A DNA stretch of 63,282 nucleotides, filler included, from Guillardia theta CCMP2712 (GCF_000315625.1; 3 parts of 3 records of this genome joined end to end with filler, not necessarily neighbours in it), one strand, 5' to 3'. Positions 12,542 to 27,040 are shown, counted from the whole stretch's first letter. Notes: generated by a model from the letters alone, not told the origin. A program made the numbers and translations.

Positions 12542-12746
12542 CCCATCGCTTCCTCTCAGGGCTTCCCTTATCTCGACACATCGAGTCGGATAACCCACAC
12601 AAGGATCGACTGGGATCACTTGAGCTCGAGCAAGCATGGAATAGCTTGAGCGGGCATGGAATGATTCACAAACATTGTTCAGCAACACATCTATATGCAA
12701 CTCCCCAATTGCTGGCTGGGGAATGCAACATCTTTCTACAAATTTC

Positions 12747-13740
12747 TTAATCTTGAATCCCGCAAACCAGGTTCATAGGCAAGGCCTTGTCGATCTGCAC
12801 AGGCCCCGGTCAAAACGCACACAAGACAATCACCTGATTACCTGCTTGGGGTAGGGGAGGCCCAGGTTGTTCATCAACTCAACAAACTCTTCCTTGCTCT
12901 TGGTCAATCGCCTGGGATGTACATAGACTCAATGAATGAACGAAGACTCCCATCCTCAAGCAGAGCTCACGGATTCAGAGTCTTCTCCTCCAACACCGTC
13001 GAGCTCATCAACCCTTTGTAATCATGGGCGGGGTAGACGATGCAGTTGTCCGGGAGGGAGAAGACCTGTGCACACCAGCTAAGAGCGTCGCCTCCTCTCC
13101 CAGCACCATGACCTCCTTGTGCACGGAATCGTAGAGCAAGCTGGGGTCTCCCTGCTGAAAATCCGTGCGCCCGCACCCGCGAATGAGGAGGGCGTCACCA
13201 GTGAAGCACATGACCCCGTCGTTGAGAACCTGCGGGCTGTGAGGGAGGGGGAGGGGGATGGAACGAGTCTCACGTAGGTCACACATCCATCAGTGTGGCC
13301 AGGAGTGGACCTGACCTCGAGCTTATGTCTGCCGAACTTGATGACGTCGCCGTGCTGAATGTGCTGGTCGGCCTTGGCTCCTGACTTGCCTGAGATCACA
13401 GACTTCATCTCAGGAAGGAGCTGCTTCATCTTCCTGCGACAACCCGTCATCTCTCTTCGGAAGCCGCACTGAGGAGGTGGCCCAGCATGCCCGACGGAAC
13501 TCACCCGGTGCCGGTGATGTGATCAGCATGGCAGTGAGTGTTGATGCCGTAGAGTACCTTCAGCCCGAGGTCCTTGATGAGGGTAACATCCCTCTCAACA
13601 GTCTCCAAGACGGGATCGATGATGACAGCTTCCTTGGTTGCCTCATCAGCAAGGATGTAGGTGTAGGTGAAGCTCGCCCCCTCAAAGAGCTGTCGCAGGA
13701 GAAGTCCTTCAACCTTCGTGGCCATCCTGACCTTGCACAT
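12747..13740 (-). CDS. ETHE1: Persulfide dioxygenase (metallo-beta-lactamase fold)
   Basis: Six spliced exons give [17 protein letters not shown]...IDPVLE...[13 protein letters not shown]...[11 protein letters not shown]...[19 protein letters not shown]...YPAHDYKG...EEKTLNPRLTK...[18 protein letters not shown]. The N-terminus may extend upstream. Confidence 0.93.
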
Positions 13741-14474
13741 GCGGTATCAGCGTTCGCCTCCTAGAAAGTCGCATACTTGCATCTCAATTGCATTGCTCTA
13801 TCTTACAGCTAGTGTGCCCTCCTGCCCTCCTGAAACAAACTAGGCTGAGGGTTCTGCTACCGCTGCCGCAGTGCTTGCTGCTGATGATGATAATGATGTT
13901 GCCTGTTTTCTGTGCAACTAAGAGCGGCAGACGTCTTGTCTAGCGTGCCTGAAGCTCTCGCTCATCATCATCGAGTCAGAACTAGTACATCATCTCGCAT
14001 TGCCATGCTTGTCCTCCCTCATTGCAGTCAGGGTGGGGTGGTCCGCATTAGTGGATTGTCCTCGTACTGATTTTTAACTTAACTTTGAGTAAAAAGGATT
14101 AATACGGTAGCTACCTCGGTAGGTCCACTACCGTACTCTAAGCTAAATTTTTAACTTAACTTTGAGTAAAGGACGCTACCGTAGTACTGAGCTAGTGGGT
14201 CCCGGACTCAGAACCGGTGGTCAGCCCACTGATGACGAGCCTGTAGGGTGGGTCCCCTAGCCCACCCCCGCCGGGCGCGGGGCGCCGCGGCGGGCCCGCA
14301 CTCAGTTCAACTCGTGGCCGGTTGAGCCGGCCGGGCCGCAGGACTCCCCGGCGGGGGGGCCGCCGGTGATCATCCGATCGGATCGGCGGACTCTCAGTGA
14401 ACTTCCCACGATAAACCGTTACATGATCACATAACGGTAGCGAAACGAAAAGGATCGCAAACCGCACGTGCATC

Positions 14475-17082
<2,608 letters not shown>

Positions 17083-17323
17083 GTGACCTTCTACCCTCCC
17101 TCCTCACCTTCTCCTCCTCTCCTCCATCCCTTCTCTCCCCTTCCTCCTCTACATTGTCCCCTTCTCCCTCCCCCGCCCCGCCCTGCCCCGCCCCCCTCCT
17201 TCTCCCCTCGTTCTCCTCCTCTTTTTCTCTCCCCCTCCTCCCCTGCATTCTCCTCCTTTCTTTCCGCTTTCCTTCTCTTNNNNNNNNNNNNNNNNNNNNN
17301 NNNNNNNNNNNNNNNNNNNNNNN

Positions 17324-17335
17324 TTAATTAATTAA
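17324..17335. other. Assembly spacer TTAATTAATTAA inside an N gap (also at 39041-39052)
   Basis: The same 12-mer, with stops in all frames, is embedded between N runs at two places. Confidence 0.85.
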
Positions 17336-17538
17336 NNNNNNNNNNNNNNNNNNNNNNNNNNNNNNNNNNNNNNNNNNNNTCCCTCCCCTCGTATCACCAG
17401 GACATGGGCTGTCCGGTTGCTGATAGTTGACATCTCCTTCCCTTTCTACATTGTTTGAGCTGCCGCTGATTTTCCCCTCAGGTTGCACGCAGCCCCCCAA
17501 TTCCCTACCGATCCACGCAGACTGAAGGCATATGATCG

Positions 17539-19889
17539 ATGGGCACGCTCGTGAACGAATCATTCGGCATGCATGCCTCCGATGAGAAATCCGCCTCTGG
17601 TCACGTTGAAATGCGCGTAGACGAATCTCAAGAAAACCTTGCATGCGAAGGCTCAAGGTCTGCTTGCCTCTCCCCAAAGATTTGCCAGCATGATGATGCC
17701 TGGAGCAGGAAGACGCGCAGGAGATTTGATGTCGAAAATCTCGATAGGATCTCTGATGAGCTCAGGCTTGCTGCAGATCAGTCGACAAGGAGGTTTTCTC
17801 TCATGCTCTGCTTGTCCATGTCCTATCTTGCTGCCGAGATAATCGTTGGCATGCTGAGTGGATCACTTGCGATCCTCACAGACGCCATGCACATGGCTTC
17901 TGACGTGTTCGCCATTCTCATCGGGTACTGGGTAGCAAGAATCAACTCTTCGAAGCCGAAGCACAACCTCACTTTCGGATGGCAGAGAGCCGAAGTGATC
18001 GGGGGCCTAGTGAACGCGTGCTTCCTCTTGGCGGTCACAGGCATGATGATGATCGAGGCTCTGCAGCGGCTGGTGGGCGTTGAAGGTCAAAACAAGGAGA
18101 AGCTTGAAGCGAACTCAAGCTTCAGCATGATCGTGGGCATGATGGGTGTTTGCATCAATTTAGCTGGACTCTTCATCTTCGGCGGACATGGACATTCACA
18201 TGGCTGTCACTCGCACGGGCATGGTCACTCGCACGGGCATGGTCACTCGCACGGGCATGGTCACTCGCACGGGCATGGCAGCATTCCCCAACTTCACCAC
18301 CACCAGGACTCTCATGGTCCATGCCACACTCGAAGTCATGGACATGAAAGTGAGATGACAGAAGTCAACATTCACTCACATCATTCGCATTATTCGCACT
18401 CTTGCCATAGCAAGGACGAGGGCTGTGAGGGTGAGGGACGGCAAGAAGAATGTTGCACATCGGCATCGTGCTGCGACAATCATTCACCGAGTGAAAGAAC
18501 CTCTCTAGCATCAGGCTGTCATGACAGAGAGCATTCGAAGCTTGTGCATCAAGATGCTATGGATGATTTGTTGCCTACCGCTATCCTGCACAGACATAAT
18601 CATGAAAGTACAAGATCGAAGATATTGCCATCTTCCGGACGTTCTCGGAGCTACTCCAAGGTCAACTTTTCCCATGAGAAGTTTATTCCTCACTTACATG
18701 CCGCAGCTGGAAGCACAGCACAGTAACGATCATTTCGAGGAAAAGCATGCTCATGTCCATCATGACAACTTCAACGAAAGATCAATATTTTTGCACATCC
18801 TGGGAGACATGATGGGGGCAGTATCCGGTACGTTCCATTCTCTGCCGCCTTCCCAAAGGAAGAGGACTAAAGTTTTTACCGTTTGCAGTAGTTCTCAGCT
18901 CAGCTATCATCAAGTACAGCACAAGGTACTATACGCTCCCCCACTCGACCTCTTCAATTCCACTCTCTCTCTGCACCGTCTACCCAATATTGTCTTCTCG
19001 CTGAGTATCATGCTTGCTACAGTCCTTACAAGTACGCTGTCGACCCCTTGTCAAGGTGCGTATAAGAATGACCCCTTACGATCTGACCCCTCTTTTTCAG
19101 CCTGATGATCGTAGGGATTATCTTCTACAATACGATCCCGATCTTCTCAGAGGCAAGTTTTCAATGGCCTTCCTTCATCATGACGGGGCATGCAGACCAT
19201 CATGCTGCTCATGGAGAGTGCTCCCAACGACCTCTGTTCGCATGTAGGGCTTGATCTCTGTCACCGACAGTCGAGATTGAGGCTTATGCTGATCAGGCTT
19301 CAACCAGTCACGAGCTTCAGGAGTTGATCAAGGAGGTTTTCTCTTATATGTCACCGAGCAAGAATTGTTGAAATTGCTGGTTGTAGCAACAAGGCGTTGT
19401 TGATGTCCACGAGCTCCACGTCTGGAGACTAGCGCAGGAAAGGAGCTTACGGTATCAGCCAGCACTTCAATGTCTGACACTAGCACAGGACGTGAACATT
19501 TGTTCCATGCACGTCATTGTTGATGAGTTGCATTCGTCCGATCTAAAAGTATTTCTGCCTTCGTGTGCTCATCTCTTCGCCTTATTCACCTTTAAGCTGC
19601 TTTGGAAGCTGCAAGATGACATTAAGCACCTGCTGCATGAATGTTCCATCCATGCGAGCTCCTTACAGTTCGAGCCAATGAGGTTAGAATTGTGCAAATA
19701 CCTTGGAAGCAACGAAAATCTTAATCAAATTTAGGTCGAAGCAGTCAAACTCAGAATTCAACTGTGTTGATCCCGTTTGTGACGTACTTTGCCTCGTACT
19801 GTCTGTAGATATGCGTAATCGTTTTACAGGACAAGGACGTTTGTATGCGCAATTGGTACATTTCTCGCTCCCAGATCGTCAGCTCGTGA
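17539..19889 (+). CDS. Cation diffusion facilitator Zn transporter (ZnT1/Zrc1/Cot1-like), copy 1
   Basis: SLAILTDAMHMASD (TM2 HxxxD), TFGWQRAEVIGGLVNA, His-rich loop, FLHILGDMMG (TM5 HxxxD), VDP (TM6), VHELHVWRL, HASSLQFE. The apparent stop at 18726 disappears after splicing the intron from 18661 to ~18706. Confidence 0.92.
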
Positions 19890-20011
19890 AATTTTTCAAA
19901 CAACATGTGAACCAGAAAATGATTGCAAAAGTATACGGTTACGACCGTTTCAGATACGTGTAACGGTAGTCCCCCTACCCCTTTCACGACCTCTGATTAT
20001 TGTTTCAAAAA

Positions 20012-20088
20012 GTTGATTGGAAAATGATTACTGCAAACTTTCGTTGATTGGAAAATGATTACTCCAAAAATTTGTTGATTGGAAATTG
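20012..20088. promoter_or_regulatory. Three 31-bp-spaced GTTGATTGGAAA units (reverse CCAAT boxes)
   Basis: GTTGATTGG at 20012, 20043 and 20074. Confidence 0.45.
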
Positions 20089-20124
20089 ATGATTGCCCTC
20101 CGTCGTGACGTACTTCCGGGAGAT

Positions 20125-20865
20125 GATCGGACCGGCGGCCCCCGGGAGGCCCTGGCCGGGCCGCGCGGGTTGAAACTTCCGAGTTCCGAGTTCAGTGACG
20201 TACCGTACTATGAGATGATAGACTCGCGGCCCGGCCGGCAGCCACCGCCGGCGGGCCGGGCGCCGGGCGCCGCGGCGGCCCGGAACGCTCCGAGGCTCGC
20301 CGGCTGCCACCGACAGTGAGTCGGCCTCGGCCCCCGACTCAGGCGCCGCGAGGGCGGAGTCACTGCCGGCCGGGGCCGCAACCGTTGAACAGGCGGCTCG
20401 GACCGCGCGGCGCCCGCCGCGGCCCGGGCCGGGCCGGCCCGGGCCCGCCGCGCCGGTCCCGGTTAGTACCGGGTACCGACGGTACCGGGTACGTCACAGT
20501 ACCGGCGGAGGAGCCTGTCACAGGCTGTCGGCCGGCCCTTGGGCGCGGCCCGGGCCCTGACACTGCCACCTAGTACGGTCGCCGCACCCGGGTTACACTC
20601 AGTGACACGGTGGCCGACTTGATTGATACCTTCCGAAGTGAAAGTTTCGAAGGCACGAGTCACTTAACAGCATGCTGCTGCTGGCCAGTGTGCAGTTTCA
20701 AGTCAGTGCCAGCCTGGCTCCGACTCGGTCGGAGGTCCGGTATTCCAAGTTCCATCCGACATTTGCCGCGCCCGGGCGCCGGCCGGGCCCCGGGCCGCCC
20801 GGCCGGCCGGGATCCGATCACAGAGTCACCGGCCGGCGGGGCCGGCCCCACGGCGGGCGGCACAA
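20125..20865. promoter_or_regulatory. Extremely GC/CpG-rich island upstream of CDF copy 2
   Basis: Dense CCGG/GGCC/CGCG words and no credible ORF. Similar islands occur at ~14200-14400, ~25755-25830 and ~45610-46010, all 5' of genes. Confidence 0.55.
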
Positions 20866-21242
20866 AAGTTTTAAGGCCTCCGGATGTTTTACAGCCCCCC
20901 CAAAGTTAATGGGAAGCAGGGGAATGGAGGGAGGAGAGAGGAAAAGAGGCCTCGTAATGGCTGCATGTGCCTTCGCTCCACCCACCCACCGACCCGTCTC
21001 CTGTTCCCTCCTTCTTATACGATGACTCCTTGTCACCTGAACTTGCCGCTCCTTCTCTTGCTCCATTTGTCTTCCCCTCCCCTCCCCTCCCCTCGTATCA
21101 CCAGGACATGGGCTGTCCGGTTGCTGATAGTTGACATCTCCTTCCCTTTCTACATTGTTTGAGCTGCCGCTGATTTTCCCCTCAGGTTGCACGCAGCCCC
21201 CCAATTCCCTACCGATCCACGCAGACTGAAGGCATATGATCG

Positions 21243-23593
21243 ATGGGCACGCTCGTGAACGAATCATTCGGCATGCATGCCTCCGATGAGAAATCCGCCT
21301 CTGGTCACGTTGAAATGCGCGTAGACGAATCTCAAGAAAACCTTGCATGCGAAGGCTCAAGGTCTGCTTGCCTCTCCCCAAAGATTTGCCAGCATGATGA
21401 TGCCTGGAGCAGGAAGACGCGCAGGAGATTTGATGTCGAAAATCTCGATAGGATCTCTGATGAGCTCAGGCTTGCTGCAGATCAGTCGACAAGGAGGTTT
21501 TCTCTCATGCTCTGCTTGTCCATGTCCTATCTTGCTGCCGAGATAATCGTTGGCATGCTGAGTGGATCACTTGCGATCCTCACAGACGCCATGCACATGG
21601 CTTCTGACGTGTTCGCCATTCTCATCGGGTACTGGGTAGCAAGAATCAACTCTTCGAAGCCGAAGCACAACCTCACTTTCGGATGGCAGAGAGCCGAAGT
21701 GATCGGGGGCCTAGTGAACGCGTGCTTCCTCTTGGCGGTCACAGGCATGATGATGATCGAGGCTCTGCAGCGGCTGGTGGGCGTTGAAGGTCAAAACAAG
21801 GAGAAGCTTGAAGCGAACTCAAGCTTCAGCATGATCGTGGGCATGATGGGTGTTTGCATCAATTTAGCTGGACTCTTCATCTTCGGCGGACATGGACATT
21901 CACATGGCTGTCACTCGCACGGGCATGGTCACTCGCACGGGCATGGTCACTCGCACGGGCATGGTCACTCGCACGGGCATGGCAGCATTCCCCAACTTCA
22001 CCACCACCAGGACTCTCATGGTCCATGCCACACTCGAAGTCATGGACATGAAAGTGAGATGACAGAAGTCAACATTCACTCACATCATTCGCATTATTCG
22101 CACTCTTGCCATAGCAAGGACGAGGGCTGTGAGGGTGAGGGACGGCAAGAAGAATGTTGCACATCGGCATCGTGCTGCGACAATCATTCACCGAGTGAAA
22201 GAACCTCTCTAGCATCAGGCTGTCATGACAGAGAGCATTCGAAGCTTGTGCATCAAGATGCTATGGATGATTTGTTGCCTACCGCTATCCTGCACAGACA
22301 TAATCATGAAAGTACAAGATCGAAGATATTGCCATCTTCCGGACGTTCTCGGAGCTACTCCAAGGTCAACTTTTCCCATGAGAAGTTTATTCCTCACTTA
22401 CATGCCGCAGCTGGAAGCACAGCACAGTAACGATCATTTCGAGGAAAAGCATGCTCATGTCCATCATGACAACTTCAACGAAAGATCAATATTTTTGCAC
22501 ATCCTGGGAGACATGATGGGGGCAGTATCCGGTACGTTCCATTCTCTGCCGCCTTCCCAAAGGAAGAGGACTAAAGTTTTTACCGTTTGCAGTAGTTCTC
22601 AGCTCAGCTATCATCAAGTACAGCACAAGGTACTATACGCTCCCCCACTCGACCTCTTCAATTCCACTCTCTCTCTGCACCGTCTACCCAATATTGTCTT
22701 CTCGCTGAGTATCATGCTTGCTACAGTCCTTACAAGTACGCTGTCGACCCCTTGTCAAGGTGCGTATAAGAATGACCCCTTACGATCTGACCCCTCTTTT
22801 TCAGCCTGATGATCGTAGGGATTATCTTCTACAATACGATCCCGATCTTCTCAGAGGCAAGTTTTCAATGGCCTTCCTTCATCATGACGGGGCATGCAGA
22901 CCATCATGCTGCTCATGGAGAGTGCTCCCAACGACCTCTGTTCGCATGTAGGGCTTGATCTCTGTCACCGACAGTCGAGATTGAGGCTTATGCTGATCAG
23001 GCTTCAACCAGTCACGAGCTTCAGGAGTTGATCAAGGAGGTTTTCTCTTATATGTCACCGAGCAAGAATTGTTGAAATTGCTGGTTGTAGCAACAAGGCG
23101 TTGTTGATGTCCACGAGCTCCACGTCTGGAGACTAGCGCAGGAAAGGAGCTTACGGTATCAGCCAGCACTTCAATGTCTGACACTAGCACAGGACGTGAA
23201 CATTTGTTCCATGCACGTCATTGTTGATGAGTTGCATTCGTCCGATCTAAAAGTATTTCTGCCTTCGTGTGCTCATCTCTTCGCCTTATTCACCTTTAAG
23301 CTGCTTTGGAAGCTGCAAGATGACATTAAGCACCTGCTGCATGAATGTTCCATCCATGCGAGCTCCTTACAGTTCGAGCCAATGAGGTTAGAATTGTGCA
23401 AATACCTTGGAAGCAACGAAAATCTTAATCAAATTTAGGTCGAAGCAGTCAAACTCAGAATTCAACTGTGTTGATCCCGTTTGTGACGTACTTTGCCTCG
23501 TACTGTCTGTAGATATGCGTAATCGTTTTACAGGACAAGGACGTTTGTATGCGCAATTGGTACATTTCTCGCTCCCAGATCGTCAGCTCGTGA
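21243..23593 (+). CDS. Cation diffusion facilitator Zn transporter, copy 2 (apparently identical to copy 1)
   Basis: Same ORF translations as copy 1 at an offset of +3704. A short upstream exon near 20909 is possible. Confidence 0.92.
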
Positions 23594-24045
23594 AATTTTT
23601 CAAACAACATGTGAACCAGAACCAACGAGGCCGAGAAATAGTTTAGAAATGTTTTTTTGCTGAAATCTTCAAAAGATTTTGCTGCTCACCTTGTAAATAG
23701 AGAATTCAAGTAATCTTTCTAGTTCATTTAAAATTTTGCCTGAGAGTCATTCGAATTCATCTCTCTTGGCCATGCGTTCTGCGTTGCAAGTAAGCGTTCA
23801 GAGGGTGCCGCAATGTCTACCCCAACGCGGACAGCTGGTTTCAGGGAGATTGCACATAGAAACTGAGTAGAGTTTGAGTTGCCAGTTGAAAGTTTTCAAA
23901 AATTTTGAGGAATCAAATAAGATCCTAGAATTCTGATCCAAAAAGTGCAAAATATGGAGGTGACAACACAGTAGGAATGGAGAGAGAGAGAGAGAAAAGA
24001 GAGAGAGACAGCGAAAGAGAGTAAACATTTCTTCTCCCTGAACTG

Positions 24046-25234
24046 CTAAGCACGAACAGGAACGTAATATGCGATCTGAACAGTATTCTCAGAATCAGCA
24101 AATGAGATAGTTCGAGTTTGGGGCTTACCGTGTCTTTCCCGATTACGACATACCAGACAAGCATCTCAAAGTTTCCCTCAATCATACCTAAACAACTCAT
24201 TATTTGTTTCAACAGCCGCGTAAAACGAACGAAGACATCATACAACAATACGATCGTGTTGGTCGGAGAACGTGGCTTGTAAATGCTTTTGACAGAGAAT
24301 CAGCATCGACTTTTAAGCTTGCTTTCTTTGATGGATCATTTGCTTGACCTGCAGATTTGATCTCCATTCAGAATGGTGAGGCACAGCATGCTAACCAATT
24401 CCTTGCCTTGTTGAGCACAGCCAAGGTCCTTCCAAGTTGTACTCATGAATGCAAATTCTGTTCGCGCTTCCATTTCAAGCTCTCCAGCCATATTTCCAGA
24501 AATGCAAATCGTGCCATCAACACTCTTTAACCTTTCAACAACCTGAGGCACTTTCAGCGATCTTCATGGGATCTCAAACGTAAACATTAACATTCAGCAA
24601 ACTTCTTAGCGATGGAGAAAGCAACTGAACTACGGGTTTGCCAACGTCAGGTTCTTGAACCTCTTGCAAAACATTCGATGAAAGAACTTCGATTGGCACA
24701 TCCTGTATTACGGACATGGCTGCTGTGCTCTAAAGGATTGAAGTAAAACCATTGCAGTCTCAGGATGCAATGCTCACATGACTTGTGCTTTCAAAGCTGA
24801 GGAACGCAAGATCATCCCTTTTCGCCAACTTGATGGTTGTTAGATTCGATGTTTCTGCAGTCTGGAAGGAGAGGTTGTCAACCCGTGATAACACAGCATC
24901 GCAGTGATCATACCCTCAGAGCTCTTTCGAAAGATGATAGATCAAGTTCAAATGCGATGTTATTTCCATTCTTGCTCTCAATCCTGTATGTCCTGAATAG
25001 TCCGCAATCATGTCCTGTCTACCGACCAAGTCAACATCCTTGTCGGTAGAAATCATTACTCCTCACCGGACTCAATTCAGCCCAGCATTTCATCATTGTC
25101 GGGCTAAAACTGTTGATAGCAATTTTGAAAGATGTGGGGCTGAGGAGGATGATAGCACTTTTTGAGACCTTCATGAGCACTCGGGATATCTCAAGCAGCC
25201 GTTTGGTTCCCTCAAGTTCAGCACGCAGCCGCAT
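24046..25234 (-). CDS. HUS1: 9-1-1 checkpoint clamp subunit HUS1
   Basis: Spliced product MRLRAELEG...KCWAELSP...FRTYRIESKNGNNIAFELDLSSFERALR...IKLAKRDDLAFLSF...IQDVPIEVL...VQEPDV...QVVERLKSV...GNMAGELEM...TTWKDLG...IAYYVPVRA*. Confidence 0.88.
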
Positions 25235-27040
25235 CACGCAATCACACAAGGCCCGAATACAACTACTTTTCAAACATTGGTCTCCGATAAAGACTCCGTC
25301 TGAGACAAAAGTTAGGACTTCAGATTTCGAAAGCCTTGAATTAGGCCCTCATGGTTAATTCATTATGTAGCATGAAATCCTGAGAATTCCTTTCCTACAT
25401 CCTCCCTGCACCCTCTTTCCCCCACCATTTCACACTCGCACAATCATCTGCTCCCCGACGTCTCAACCCATTTCATTCTCTCCCTGCCAACCTTGCATTC
25501 ATGCGCTCTGCTTTCCTCTCTTCACCTGCCTTCTCCATTCCTTGTCGTCTATCTTCCTAAAACTTCCTCAAGCAATCTTCTATCTCTTCTGCCCTCCTAC
25601 TTTCCTTCACTTCCTCTTCATCAATTTCTTTCTGCCCTCTCTCCCTCCTCCTCGGTTGCTCCTCCTGTCCCCTCCTCTTGTTCCCGTTGAACAGGTTTTG
25701 GCGCCATTACTTGCTGCCCACAAACTACTACTCCTTTTTCAGTACTGCTACTGTGACCGGTGCCGGTACCGGGGCCCGGCCCGGCCACAGCCGAAGACCG
25801 GTTGCGGCCCGGCTGTCAGCGCCGGACTTCACTGATCAGACTCAACTCACAAAGGCTCGTACAACCCCACCCCAGCTCTAGAGGCAATTTACAGCTTATC
25901 AAGAGGGAGGTGATTGATTTCTAAAGGGGTCCTTGGTATGTCTCCATGGAGAGCCTGTCATGAGCACGGGTACTATGCAGAGATCTTGGGGGTATTGGGA
26001 TGGAGGGGTGGTCACCATGTTGACCACATGGGGTGGAGTAAAGTTTAGTTGGGGGATGGTAGACTGCTGTAAAACGAGGACCGAGTTCGAAACGTTGTAA
26101 AAAATCATCGTTTCGATCCAAGTGCAAGTTCGGACTGTTTGCAACAAAAATTCAGATACTAAAATATGGGATATGAAAATTTCAAATTGTATATGAATTT
26201 TACCGTCATAGCAACCTAAAAGAAGCCAAGAACATACCCCCTACGATATTCTAGCAAGTTATGTCCCTACGTTGGTGCACAATGACCCCTGTACTCTTGT
26301 ACCCACCCTATAAAAAGTGAGGAGAACCACCAGTACCTACAGCATGTCAACTACCCCTACCCCCTTTAGTCCCACATGGCTGGAACAGTAAAACAAAGGT
26401 ACCCACTACTAGGATAGCTTTACCCCTGTTTACTCCTCATATTGTACCGGTAATGGATGTGCTTTGCGGTATACCCCACCCCTCAATGGACTACCCGTTG
26501 GCCAACCCTAAATTTACAGAGGGATCTAACCGGTACAAACAACCGTAAAAACACCGGTTCTACACACTATCCACCCAGTTTGATGAACACCCACCCACCT
26601 ACAGTTTGATAATTGATGATTACCCCTACCCCCTCGCAACCCTGAATTCGGACCCAACCCCACAGGTTTCGACCTTTCGGATTGTTCTTCTCTACACACC
26701 CCTACCCCTGCCTCCAGGGGTCTCATTCCGACCAGCCACCCTGCCTTTCAATATTCTTACAGTGGGGAACCCTCCAAATGACGGGGTACTTCACGTATAA
26801 CAAAGGGGTGAGGGAACCCTGGGGATTCGACACAGGGGGTAGGGTACATTTTCTTTATAAGGCCCGAATTGTTTGCAAGGAATATCGCCATTCCTCCATC
26901 GTGGTGGACCTCAGCACTTGCTGTCCGCTCCTTCACCTCTGACAACCTCCTCGTCCTCTGTTGAACCTCAGGCACTCTTTCTCTGACTCGTTTAAGCAAG
27001 CTACTTGAATCTTCCTCGTGACAACCAGCAACTGCACAAC

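Larger units (their letters stand above)
17381..23621 (+). repeat. Direct duplication: 17381-19917 matches 21085-23621 (~2.5 kb visible, period 3704)
   Basis: Sequences match wherever compared, including introns, and diverge after ...GTGAACCAGAA. Confidence 0.9.

Noticed and set aside
17324-17335. TTAATTAATTAA as a piggyBac-like TSD or biological palindrome
   Set aside because: It sits between N runs at two gaps, so it is an assembly spacer.
18724-18726. In-frame TAA in the CDF ORF suggesting a pseudogene or readthrough
   Set aside because: A GT-AG intron (18661 to ~18706) shifts the frame and restores the HILGD TM5 motif.
20012-20088. CRISPR-like regularly spaced repeats
   Set aside because: Only three units with ~10-nt related spacers, no cas genes, and a eukaryotic context.
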